A stretch of 62,035 nt of DNA from Macrostomum lignano (GCA_002269645.1 NIVC01004063.1:1-62035); one strand, 5' to 3'. Positions 21,007 through 42,697 are shown, counted from the stretch's first letter. The notes: generated by a model from the letters alone, not told the origin. Program-made: numbers and translations.

Positions 21007-23007
21007 ACTACAGAACTTGAGTTCTGAAAGCTCACTGCATCTAAAAATTTTCTAGAGCTCTTTTTTGAGTTCATTATATTGTTCTTGGTGTTTGCTTGTG
21101 ATTAGGCCTAAGCAGAATCCCAAAATGAATTTTTAGATAAGTAAATTCTTTAAATAAAATTCGGAATTCTTATCTACTGGGTATTTAACATTTTACTGCC
21201 CAACATTTAAACTTTGTCTTGAGGCTTGCGCAGCTTGTGCTGTGCATCCATGCATAGGTGCTTGTTATTTCGTCTGCTGTCAGTTTGTCTGCCCTGCTAG
21301 GGTGGACAGTTCGTCTGCTGTTGTGACCAATAAAAACAATACTTAGCAATAAAGCAGTGAAGCTTGTATTGTCTATATGTGCAAAGGTTACCTAGGCTAT
21401 ATGCCAGGCCTTTTATTTTTTAGCTTTGCATTTGCCACCTACATGATATCTCGTGTAAATTTCTATTAGTTATTATTAAGCATTTCAATAATTATTTAGT
21501 ATCATGGGCTTTAATATTAGGTATAGGCATATCCTATCCTATGTTATATATAAATAGGGCCTAATATAATAAATGACTCACTCCAAATCAATTTAAGGCC
21601 CTGCCAATTGCCATCCTAGCCCCCTAGGCCTACTATATGTGCTAGCTTTTTTCATGTATATGTTGCCTATGTAGCTATGTATAGTAAAGGGTTACTATAT
21701 TCTATAAGGCCATGCATTATAAAAGTGACATTTCATAGAACTAGATAATTTGCTTAAATAAAAATTACTGAAAATTGATTCACCAAAAAGCTTTTGCCAA
21801 TAGTAAATTTTCCAAAAAAACTTTTTTTTAAAAGTCAGTTTGCCAAATGCAAAAGCTAAAAAGGTTATAGCTTTAGTTTTAGGTTCTTTTTGTATACAAA
21901 ATGTGTTGTTTCTTGTGTGTATAGCCCATGTCATAAGCACCTTGAAACCAAACTCTAAAATTAAAAACAAGAAACCTCATTTCCTAAAAAATTTAGGTAG
22001 ATTTTTCCAAAAAAGGTAGAGAGAGTAGATTTTATTTTTTGGTACAAAAATTGTTTTGCTTTTGATAAAAAATACTTAATATTTATCTTTGATTTGACTT
22101 TTACTAATATTTACTCTAGAAGAGTCTTAGTATTCAAATGTGTTTTTTATAAAAATATTTTTTGAAATAACAAGTATAGGCCTAGCCTAGTTCTTTTTTA
22201 TATACTGATATATTTTAGCAAAGTATCAAATTATTTACCTAGAATATTTATTTTAAGTATATGTTTTTTAATATGGTTTGTATACAATAGGCCTAGTCCC
22301 AAATATATACTATATATATAGTATTTTTTGGCCTCTATGTCACATATAAGAGGATTAAATCAAAATGATAATATATGCCAATAGATCATGTGGATAATAT
22401 AATAGATAGACTAGGATTAGGGCCCAAAAAAGGCTAATAATTTCAAAACTTTTAAATGAATGACAGCAGATATAACAAAACTATAAGCTTCTTGATTATT
22501 GTATTTATCAATATGCTTATATATTATATATTGAATTAAATAATAAATTTCTTTTTATAACAACAAATACTATAGGCCTATTGCATTTCTAATATTAAAA
22601 TTTTATGTAATTAAAATGCAATAATATTTGTTTCTACACTTATATTGACTTATATAGTCTATATTTATTCTATATTTATATAGTTATATAAAGCAAAATA
22701 ATATCATGTCATGTTTTATAATGCAGCTAAAATCTTAATCATTTAGAATCATATGATATCAATTGTGTCTTATATATTTTAATAATTGGTAAATGTTTAT
22801 TGTTGTCATTAAGAGTTTACCCAAAAATTTCTCCATAGCATAATGGCATGGTACTAACAGTGGTATATGCCAAAAAAACTTGATTAGGCTATTTATTGCA
22901 CACTGCATCTCTTATATCTAAAGCTAAGTAGATTGATCAATCAACTGGTAGACTAGATTTAATGAGTATCCTCCTAGACGGCTGCCAATTTAAATGTGGG
23001 ACTTATA

Positions 23008-23660
23008 TGAGGGGTGTCCAAAAAGTAGTAATACTTTTAACCGTAGCTCTCATTCTATGGCTTCCTATGATTTAAAATTTTATGAACTGATAGCAGCAAA
23101 TCTCTTCTACAGACTGCTTTTTGAATTTTTAAAATTTATACTAGAGAACAAAAGTTATACCCACAAAAGTAACAGTACTTATACCATAGAGTTATACAAA
23201 CTATATTGAAATTTTTATAATAGTTGACTTCTGCACTCATTCATTAAGAAGGCCATTGATAAATGTCTTTTTAAGCAATACCAAAGCCTAATTGCAAAAT
23301 GATGCTCACTATGACAGATTGAAATTTGTCTATAGATGGGATCATGCGCAGAAAAATAAAGCATTAAATTCATTACTGTACTTGCAAACAGAGGAGCTTG
23401 CATTTGCAATTCATTCATGATTTCATTGCCCATACTCAACAACACACATGGATGTGCACTCAGTTGTTGCTCAGCAAAGTACCATCTTCACTCTTTGGGG
23501 TGCTGGCCATAGTGCCTCAGAAATTCATGCAAAACTGCTCTGCACACGGATCCTCTGCGGTCAGCAAAATGACAGTTTATTGATAGATAGAGCGGTTCAG
23601 CAAGGGAAGGACTGACTTGGCAGATCAGCATTGGATGGGGCAGCCATATGTTCATCGACC
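23008..23660 (+). mobile_element. Mariner transposon fossil (5' TIR plus HTH region)
   Basis: TA|TGAGGGGTGTCCAAAAAGT is a mariner-type TIR. Decayed frame QQSTIFTLWGAGHSASEIHAK...GSSAVSKMTVY**IERFSKGRTDLADQHWMGQP matches the mariner HTH consensus (...SASEIH...TVYRWxxRFxxGRxxLxDxxRSGRP). Confidence 0.85.
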
Positions 23661-23689
23661 TGATGTACTGGTGGTCTCCATTCTGGACA

Positions 23690-25200
23690 ATAGATATGAG
23701 AAAGGAGGGATTAAAGATGATGATAGAAAGGAGAGAAGAGGGGAGTGAGGTGGGAATGAAGAGGGAGAGAGAAGAGAAGAGAATGTAGAAGGAAGAAAAG
23801 AGAGGAAAAAAGGAAAGATGAGAGGAGAAAGGAGGGATAAGAGAGTACAGAGGAGAGAGAAAAGATAAAGTAGAGAGGGGAGATGAGACAGGAGACATAA
23901 AGAGGAAAGATGAAAGAAAAAGAAAGGGTAGAGAGAATACAGATATGTGACATGAGAGCAGAGAAAAACAAAAAGAGAGAATAGAGGATGGAGGAGAAAA
24001 TAGATAAGAGTTGAGAGATAAAATAAAAAAACAAAAGGAGATAGGAGAGACAGGGCAAGAAGAGAGAAAAGAGAGAAGCAAGAGGAGAAGGGAGAGAGGA
24101 GAGATGAGAAGAGAGATGAGAGAGCAAAAGAGAGGGTCACCATCATAAACCCAAAAAATCACAACTCCAAAAGCACTTCCCATCATAAACCCAAAATATC
24201 ATAACTCCAAAAATAGCATTGCCCATCATAAACCCAAAATATCACAAACCTGAAATATCATATCTCCGAAAGTGTTAACAATGCTTATCATAAACCCAAA
24301 ATATAACAAACCTGAAATATCATAACTCCGAAAACCAAACTAGTGTTGGACATTGCTAGAACTTTTGGAGTTATTATATTTTGGGTTTATGATGGGCAAT
24401 GATATTTTTGTTTTCAGAGATATGATATTTTAGGTTTATGATAGTTCAGGTTTATAATGCGCGTTGCTATTTTGTTTTTTGGAGTTGTGATTTTTTGGGT
24501 TTATGATATTTCGGGTTTATGATGTGTGTTGCTATCAATTTCAGAGTTATGATATTTTGGGTTTGTGATATTTTGGGTTTATGATATTTCAGGTTTATGA
24601 TATTTCGGGTTTATGATATTTTGGGTTTATGATAGAAAGTGCTTTTTGGAATTGTGATTTTTTGGGTTTGTGATGCCCCCCGGAGGAGAGATACAAGTAC
24701 GAGAGAAGAGAAGGAGAGAGAAGAGGAGAGAAAAGAGGAAGGAGTAAAGGGAAGAGATATGATAGGGGAGAAGAGAGGGGGGTAGGAGAGAAGAGAGAAG
24801 ACAGGAGGGAGTAAAGCCAAAAGATGAAAGAGAAGAGGAGAAGAGAAGAGGAGAAAGGGGAGAAAAGAGAGAAGCGAGATGAGAGGGCAGAGGAAAGAGA
24901 AGGAGGAGAGGAGAAAAGAGGGGAGAGAGGAGAGATAAGAGAGAAGAAAGTTGATAAGAGACAGGAGAGAGTAGAGACCAGACAAGAGAGAAGAGATAAG
25001 AGAGTAAAGATGAGGGAAGAGAGAAGAGATGAAAGAATAGGGAGGAGAAATGAAAGAATAGATAGGAGAAAGTAGGGAAGAGAAAGAAAAGAGTCAACAT
25101 GAGAGCAAAGAAAGGAGAGATGATAGATGACAGATAAGAGCAGAGAGGAGAGATTAGAGATGAGAGACCAAAGAGGAGAGAGGAGACATGAGAGAGTCTT
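23690..25200. repeat. Two purine-rich (GA) tracts flanking a foldback of 28-30-bp repeats
   Basis: GA-rich at 23690-24135 and 24690-25200. The catcataaacccaaaatatc units (24140-24335) are mirrored by gatattttgggtttatgat units (24365-24675). Confidence 0.85.
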
Positions 25201-26899
25201 AGTCTGAATGATAGCAGTAGAGAAATGGTATTGAGAGGTTCTATACAGGATTTGGAAGATGGAATTTGGGTCATCAGATTCAGCTGATGGATTTCAGGGA
25301 AAGGAATTCTGGTGATGGGAGTTCTAACCCCTTCTTCTCCAATGGAGGAGTTGGCCTTGTATAATTTTATAATATTGTTTAAAACCTTGTTGTATGTAAA
25401 AATTTCTCCAAAAATAGCACTTTAGAAAGTATGGTTTGTGTGCATAGTTGGATTTTAGAGATATACCTTGAGATATTGCTATGATAATAGTAAGCTTTTG
25501 TATAATAAAGTTAAGGTTATATAGTTCAAGTGCAGGATATATTTGCCTAGGAGATACAATAAATATATTGGGATATATATTACTAGGCAACTAGCTATTA
25601 TATAATTTTTACTTCATTCTGATGCAATTAAAAAGCCTAGCTAAATTTACTTTCATTTAAAAGCCTTAGGTATAAAAGCTATCTACTCTTATCATTCTCC
25701 TTTTGAGCTCTATAGTTTTGACCATAGATAGTTATAACTTAAGTTTTCACATAATTTTTGTTATCTTGGTACAAATTAAAAAAAAATTGAAAATTGGAAT
25801 TCCTACTTTTTTTAAGCATTAAAAAGGTTTTAGGGACCTCTCTTATAATATTATATTATTTCAAATTAGAACTATTGTATTCTAAATAAAAAATAATTCT
25901 ATAATTAGGAAGAAAGTGGCATAATCTTGATATATATACTATTATACATATGAAATTTCTAGCTAACTATAACTAAACCAATCTGGCTGATATAAATTTT
26001 GATAGACTAAGAATATGCTTTTTTGATGCCCTTTTAGACAATTGTTGATTGTTATTTTAAAAAATAAAGTTTACATTCTTAACTTTTTTACCTAGTTTCT
26101 CCTAGATTAGTCATAGAACAAAGTATATGGATTTAGTCAGTTTAGTGGTTATTCATAAAGTCATGATATCATGCATTTTGTGTTAGTTTATTTAGTATAT
26201 GGATTCAATATAAGTGAAAATCACATTTAATATTTAATCACATTCAAATCTTTAAAGGCAAGATTTGAATTGACATACATTTTGATTGACACAAATTAGT
26301 TACTAAGGTAAGCAAAAAAGTTTTCAACAACTTGGACTTGTTTGTGCCTTTGTGTTCTTACTATTTTTATGCATTTTAATTTTTTGCTTAGCCAAAGCTG
26401 CACATAGTATGCACATTTGCAACTTTCTGTATAGTAAAAAGGAAAGAAATTCCTAGTGAAATTTCATATTCCTAGAAATACAAAATAGAGGACTATCAGT
26501 CTGTATATAAGATTATACAATTTGACATTTCAAAAATTAACATTATGTTTGGGATATCTCTTTAAGAGTATTGTAAGTTTTATTTAGCTTAGAATATAAT
26601 TTGCACTGCTTTCTATTTGTTTAAAGATAGATTTAAATAAGAACTTTTGTTATGTATGCAAATTTATAGCATATAAAGAAATAAAGTTAATTGAATCAAT
26701 ATATATATATAACATTCCTAGTGTTGCCCAATATATGAGTATACCTGGTTCATTTGTCCAATGAACTTAGCTCTCAGTTTTGTACTATAGTATATTATAT
26801 TACTTCGCTCTTATTTAGTAGTCAAAAAGAATAGATAAGTCATGTAAAACATTAAAGAAGTGTCATGTTGAACATAGAAGATTCATTTGGTAATTGCTA

Positions 26900-27120
26900 C
26901 AATGTCAAGGCTTGGAGGGAACCACTATAATGCTAAGACTATTGGGAGAATTACTGAAATGTCAAGGTTTATGGGGGAAAATTGCTAAGAAGTTAAGGCT
27001 TTAGGGTTAGGATTAAAGTGGAAATTGCTGAGATTTCAAGACTGATGGGGGCATTACTGAGATTTCAAGGCTCATGGGGGGATTGTTAAGATGTCAAGGC
27101 TTATAAGGGGAACTGCTGAG
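26900..27120 (+). repeat. Diverged copy of the 30-bp minisatellite
   Basis: Units such as gggggcattactgagatttcaaggctcatg and gtcaaggcttataaggg. Confidence 0.8.
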
Positions 27121-28959
27121 GTTATTGCAAGCAGAAGTTATAAATGTAGTTTATTTAAAAAATGTATTCTATTCTTTGTTGGCTCCTCAACAGTGAAACA
27201 ACAGACAATGAAAAAATTTTTTACCAAGGAACTCTTGGCAAAATAAAACCTGTCAGAAAGTGTCTTAATTAGCTCTTAATAACTCTCGGCAAGCTTAGAA
27301 ATACAATTATCTATTAACAAGTTAACAAAGAGAATGTACATGACTGACAATCATTGCATTATTATTAGTTCGATTTTAGAAGGCTCATCATGAAAACTGC
27401 TGTTTACTCGTTTGCAAGCAAGCATTGTACTTTTGCCTTCGCGCATGAGCAAGCAGATGACGAGCTTATTGTGCTTGTTTTCTGTTGGCTTTAAAACGTG
27501 TTTTGCCAGTCCATGACCGAATTTTTAGTACATCATATTATTAGTACAATGCCGTTAGTCCAACTGTGAGCGCTGTAACTAGGGTTGGATAACATATTTT
27601 GGGATCTAATTTCCTTGGTCAGAATGGTTTGTGCGTTATCCAGCTTGACTTTGTAGGCTTGGCTCGAAATTAATTATCTAATGCTAAAAATAGCCATTAG
27701 CTGCTAGGCAATGATATTCGAGATCGTGAGTTTGAGCGTTAGTCAGATACCTGCTAATGATGCACAAAGAAGGATTCAGTTTCACTTTCGCGTGTCATTA
27801 CTCATTATTTTATTTCCTAAAATTTTCCGACGAAATCTCACGCAAAGTTTTTCTAGATAACTTTGCTTCGATTGAACTGCTATTAGCCCATTCTGCCAGT
27901 TATAGAAGAGTCGAGCCTTCATGTTGTTGGCGCCAGTCTGTACTTTGCCGCCGCTTATGCACGCGATGGACATATTTTCTAGCCTTATTTGGCCACCTAC
28001 CTGCCTTTGTCCCCTATCAATAGTTCTCTTTCCCTCGGCAAGGACCGGTAGACTGGAAGGCTTTTTGCTTTTGGACGCTTAACCTTAAAAAATTCTTATT
28101 CCCATAGGCCTGTGTACCTCCCCCCACCCCGGGAACCCGATTCACTAATCCCCTCCCTGGCCTGGGCGTAGGCCGGCTAAAGTCTAAATTGGAACTGCTG
28201 TAATGGGAAGACTGGAGCGAAGCTGTTGGTTCCAAGAGACAGACGCATGCAGGCTGGCTGGCAGACAGGCCACTCTCACCCCCCAGTAAACACGCGCACG
28301 GTGGGCGGTGGAATATTTTGGCCCACTGCTAGGCTAGAATAAAGAGAGAGGAGGGATCTATAGGGGCAGAAAACTTCCCTCCCTAGTCGCTCGGGTCGCC
28401 TTCTTCCTCTCTTGGGTGCCCGGGTCCTCTGTGTACACTGGCAGCGCTCGCCGCAATTTGTACAGTCAGCCGGTGTTCCGTTCCCACAGCTGCAGTCCTT
28501 CCCCACCCCCTCTACCGTTAAACCAAAGCAGTTGGCTTTTACTTCCTCCCCGTTTCCCTGGATTACGGACCGGGAATGCAGTGGAGATTAAGAAAGGGAC
28601 AGAGAGGGACTGCAGTCCAGTGTCCAGTTCTCCGCTCAATCCCTCTTCCTAAATCCTCATTTTCTCCCGCTCTGGCGCTTGGCGCTTCCCCATTTTTTTC
28701 ACTCCACTCTCCGCCCTCCTGCCCGCCCTTCGCTCCTCTTCCCTTGCCGTTTCCTCTCTCCCGGCTCGCAGTACTCTCTGGCAGTCGGAGTGCTGGTTAA
28801 GGGGCTTATAATCCAGTCTCCCCTCTCACCCCATTGCTTCTCACTGTTCCTCTCTTACTAGCTCGTTTCCCAGCTCATGCGAGCGGCTCCTCCATCTCTT
28901 TCAACCTCTCCACCTCTCTTCTCCGTAAGCGCTCGCGTTCTCGTATTTTTCCTTCCACT

Positions 28960-29001
<42 letters not shown>

Positions 29002-29510
29002 CGCTCACATATTTAGATAGATATAGGGCATTTGCATGTATCTCTGCCCGCTTACTCCTTGAACGATCAATGCTGCTCAGCCTTTAGTCAGCTTTTAATA
29101 CTCGTCTCTGACAGAAGCGAACGCGTTTTTTTTCAACGCTTTAAGTAGGCTAAGTGACCGCTCCGTTTAGCATTGATTTATTTGCCAAGAGGCATTGACT
29201 ATTGCCATTTTGAATTGGATACTGCTACATATCGTCAATAGTTAGTTGAATTGATTAATCCAAATCTGCTTCCAGTCGGCGTGTCTGCCCTTGTAGACTC
29301 GATTGTAAACGGCTGCGAAGCATTTAAAATAAGCCAATCAACAAGAGAAGCATTAAAGAAGACAAAGAAAAAGTGCGTTCGTCAGCGTTGCTTCAGCTGC
29401 AATTGGGAGTTTTTTGCCAAGCCGTCTAACTTTCAATAACAAAAGCTCCTAATAGCTACGCGTCTGGCTTAATATATCTTAATATATATATATAAAAGAA
29501 AGCGAGAATC

Positions 29511-38149
<8,639 letters not shown>

Positions 38150-38760
38150 GCTGAACCGGGCTAATTTCGGGAGAACATCAGCCTGGGGATGGGGAGGGGA
38201 AATTATTTGATGGAGCCTCTCGACTTCTTCACATGTTTTTTTACATTTTTTGCTTTTGTGCGTTCGTCCACCCAGCTGCCCTTCGGTCCTGAGACCCGCT
38301 CCCCAACTGGCAGGCCTTCAATTATGCGGGCAATGGGCTTTGGCCATTGTGTCATTGCTGCTTTTGTGCTCCCACTGTGTCTCAAACTCAATATGCAGGT
38401 CCTACTGCAAATTCATATCTCTATCTCTTTATCTCTGTGTCTCAGGCCCTCTCCTCACCTGGACTTAGGGACTAACCAGATCTTCAAGACACACGCGCAC
38501 ACAGAGTGACACACCCTCCGGACCTGCCTATATGTTATTGCATATGATTTTGCACGCGCTTCTATATATATATACATTTAACTCTATGACTATGACTACC
38601 TATATATATTAAATATTACCTGCTTATTTCGAGTCGACAGTCGTTAATGTAATCGCTATGTAATGCTAGCTCTTTGTTTCAATCAAGACTTGTGTTTAAA
38701 TTCGTATTCGGGCCCTCCCCCCGTCCTTTGATCAAACTATTAACACCTTTGTCATTATAT

Positions 38761-38777
38761 ATTTATTTATTTATTTA
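38761..38777 (+). promoter_or_regulatory. AU-rich element candidate (overlapping ATTTA pentamers) in the probable Gbeta 3' UTR
   Basis: atttatttatttattta lies ~610 nt after the stop; the 3' end of the transcript is not known. Confidence 0.35.
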
Positions 38778-39544
38778 TTAGCTATTGTTATTTCTAACTG
38801 CCGTATACAAATTTTTGTACGACCATTGTTTAGCGATTATAAATAAGTAAAAAATAGTTTGTTATTATAATACTCCTTACTATTAGTACTATGATGATAT
38901 CCATAGAAAATTGATAGAATATTAAGGCATAGAAGAGAGAAATTTCATTCAAACAACTAATATAGATAAAACCAGCAAGCGTATAGTGCTGGCCTTAAAC
39001 TTGCTAGTCAGTATCTGTAGCTCTATCGTCTGTCTTTTTTGCTTGCAAGATTGCTTTGACTCTGTTATCCAAGCCCGCTGGGTCATCTGCTCCGTCATGC
39101 CCTGCTGCCTCCCCTGTGCCGCGTCCTGTTGTTGTTTATCTATCTGCTTTCTTGCTGAGCGCACTATAAGTTTGTTATTATTAATACGATTGTGTTAAAC
39201 TATGCAATGAAATTCTTGTGCGTTCTGTTTTATTTACCAATTTTAATCGCCTCGCCTTCGCCGTTGCGCTTGTAATAATTAATTATCTCTCCTAATTATT
39301 AAAATAATTCTCTATTTATTAGTCCTAACTTACTTAAAACTGCTACGATTTTCTATTAATAGTTCTCTTCTCTTCGCTTTTTTAAGGCCAAAATTTCACT
39401 TCTTGTGTCTCTCTGTAAACCTCGCACTGGCCCCTGTACACAAACATTCTGTTTGTGGGGCAGTGGGTCAAGCAGTTGAAACTTTGGGATTTACTGCATA
39501 ACCATCTTGTAAGGCTTCTTGGATAATCATTTTTATTATCGCTG

Positions 39545-40095
39545 GATTGTCGTCCATAGAGGGATTGTCGCTGGATAATCATTTTCATAGAGTGATTATC
39601 ACTGAATAATCATTTTCATAGAGTGATTATCACTGAATAATCATTTTCATAGAGTGATTGTCGCTGGATAATCATTTTCATCGAGTGATTATCGCTGAAT
39701 AATCATTTTCATAGAGTGGTTATCGCTGAATAATCATTTTCATAGAGTGATTGTCGCTGGATAATCATTTTAATCGAGTGATTATCGCTGAATAATCATT
39801 TTCATAGAGTGATTATCACTGAATAATCATTTTCATAGAGTGATTATCACTAAATAATCATTTTCATAGAGTGATTATCACTGAATAATCATTTTCATAG
39901 AGTGATTATCACTGAATAATCATTTTCATAGAGTGATTATCACTGAATAATCATTTTCATAGAGTGATTGTCGCTGGATAATCATTTTCATCGAGTGATT
40001 ATCGCTGAATAATCATTTTCATAGAGTGGTTATCGCTGAATAATCATTTTCATAGAGTGATTGTCGCTGGATAATCATTTTTATGGAGTGATTAT
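39545..40095 (+). repeat. 31-bp minisatellite (atcattttcatagagtgattatcactgaata)
   Basis: Direct periodicity; each unit carries the GTGATTATCAC near-palindrome. Confidence 0.95.
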
Positions 40096-41241
40096 TGCAA
40101 ATTATTAGTGTTGAGATTGACTCTTAAAAATGATGATTATATCACTGCTTGGTAGCCTGTGCTGTTGCTTTTCCAACGGGGGTATCTGGTCCAAAAGCGA
40201 GTACATGTTTATTATTAAACACATTTCTACAAAGGCCGCTTCGCCCCCGCTTTACACGCAGTTCTGTTTTTTTTGTCCGCAAAGTTTGTTAATCAGCGCT
40301 GTATTGAAGCTCTTGGTTTTTCTCCTTCTGTTTGCTTCTCTCGATTCGTCTCTCGTGACGTGTTGCTGAGCGGACTTGAGTAGCTCAGTTTAGTGTTCAG
40401 CCACCCCCCCTTCGACTTCAACAGCGGAATGGTGACTGACGTGCATCCGATCTATATATGTCATTAGTCATCTGTGCTTCTCTACTAATCATGTATTAAA
40501 TTTACTATTATTATTATTGTTATTATCGATGCAGTCAGGCTCTGCACACTCCTGTCCGAGTCCCAGGATTTGTCCTTGTTGACCCGTTTTCTTATTAAAT
40601 TAAAAGCTGTAATCTGAGCATTATTAATTAACACCAATTAGCAAGCTGAAAGTTGAACTGTACTGCCTGAGTGTGTTTCTCAACAGATCAGTAACCTCTG
40701 CAATATAACCGTTATCACTAACTTATTTTTTCAAATTTTAACACCGCGCAGTCCGAAGCATATTAATATAATAATATTTAATACTACTACAATAAATATT
40801 ACTAATTATTATCACAATAAATGTTCAAGAAAATATGAAAACATTTGCTCGACTTCAAGACCCGTGTATTCGGTTATTTATAGTCCATTAAAAAACTATT
40901 ACAAGAGAAGCTATCAGACATTGTGCCCGACTTTTGACTTGCCTTGTCAGTTTATTTATTATTGCTGGCTACTGTTAGTAGTTTTAAAGTAAAGCTATGT
41001 ACTTTTATGTACTGGAAACCTGACAAGATCACGAGAAAAAACAATTACACTATTAATTTTGGAGAATCTCTACAAATAAGAAGTATATAGATGATGCACA
41101 TATCACCAAGTACATGTAAGTACACTACTTAAAGTAGACGCTACGTATCTGTCGCAATTCTTGGCTAAGAAAATAAAAATTCAAAAGTTGAGTCCAATGC
41201 TATGGGATGTTCATTTTTGCTGTAAGTTGTACTCTTAAAAT

Positions 41242-42646
41242 TCAAGCCAACGACTCGACGAATTCTCCGTCATCCTCTGAGACTGAATCTCTCGACTCAC
41301 TCTTGTTGTTCATTTTGTCGGTCGCTGAATCCTCGCCAGCCGCCGGCGTTGGTGGCGACGCGTCAGGCAGGCGACCGATGTTGGACAGCAGCAGCGCCTG
41401 CGAAGGGATGATTGAGGTGGGGCGTAAGAGCGGTCTGGGAGCAGCGAATATTCCTTGATAAGGACCACACATTTGTTCCGAGTGGGTCGGGATTCGAACC
41501 CCCGACCTTTTTAGTCGTGAATCCGATGACCACTGGTGCAGTAGTGGATTGATGTAGGCCTAAATAACATGGATAGTGGCATCTATAACTGATAGATAAT
41601 AATAGATACCTAATGAATAATTATTGATATTCTATGAATAATTATTGATATTCTATGAATAATTATCAATACTTAATTGATGATAATAGACAATTAACTG
41701 ATAATCATCGATAATTAATTGATCATCGATATCTGATAAATAAGCATCGATAACGAAGAGAAGCATTGATTGCAACCCACCGTCTCCCTCTCGTGCGCCA
41801 GCTCCGCGCTCCTGGCGGCGGCGCTGACCGCGGCCAGGACAGACTCGGTCGTGAAGGCGCAATCGGCGCCGCTCTGCTCCGGCGCCAGACGCAGCGCCAA
41901 GCAGTCAACGCGCCGACACCCGGCGGCCGCCGCAGTCAGGCCGAAGAGCCGCCTGCTGGCCGGCCAGATCCGGGCGCGGCTCAGCGGCAGGCGGCACCGG
42001 ATGAGCCGACTGCCCGGCTCCACCAGCCAGACGCCCAGCTCTGACACCGTCAGCAGCACCTGCTGCTGCTGCTGCTGCTCGGATGTCGACGAAGACGAAG
42101 CAGCGGCGGCTAGAACCGAATCCACGACGGCGTCCGGCTTTGTCCGGCAGCGGCCGACCAGCCGGGCCGGAAACTGGCGGGAGAATGCGGCCCCGGCCAC
42201 GCAGCTGCCGACGCTGTCGGCTTCGGCGAAGTCATTCGCGCCGAGCGCCAGCGCCATCGACGACCGCTGCTCCGAGGCTTCGTCCAGCCACAGAGGCGGG
42301 TCGTCATTGGCAGCCTCGTCCTCCTCATCGGTTTCGTCCTCCTTGGAGGCGTCCCGAACCCGTGCCTCATTGTCGTCTTCATCGCTGTCGACATCCTCAC
42401 CGCCCTCAGCGGCGTTAGCGGCCTCCGCTATGGCGGCAATCCATTCGCTGCGCTGGCGAGCGTTTTCGGCTTGCAGAATCAGCGGCCTGGCGGGAAGATC
42501 AACGATTTGCTTTTTTGATAAATGGCCAACTAACCAGCTAGCCAACTAATTAACCAACTAACTAACTAACTAAGCAGCTAACTAACTAACTAGCTAACTA
42601 ACTAACTACATGTAGCTAACTAACTAACTAACTTACTGACTAACTG

Positions 42647-42697
<51 letters not shown>

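Noticed and set aside
23488-25274. Long Leu/Ser/Phe-rich multi-TM-looking ORFs
   Set aside because: They are the antisense translation of GA-rich low-complexity tracts.
28000-28900. Possible further LTR upstream of Gbeta
   Set aside because: The texture is similar, but I could not find TG...CA ends or a TSD; it may simply be promoter-proximal DNA.
41770-42549. 259-aa plus-strand ORF and other GC-rich overlapping ORFs (e.g. 51697-51960, 56589-56948)
   Set aside because: They are antisense shadows of genuine APPL, JIP1 and NLE1 exons caused by GC-rich codon usage.
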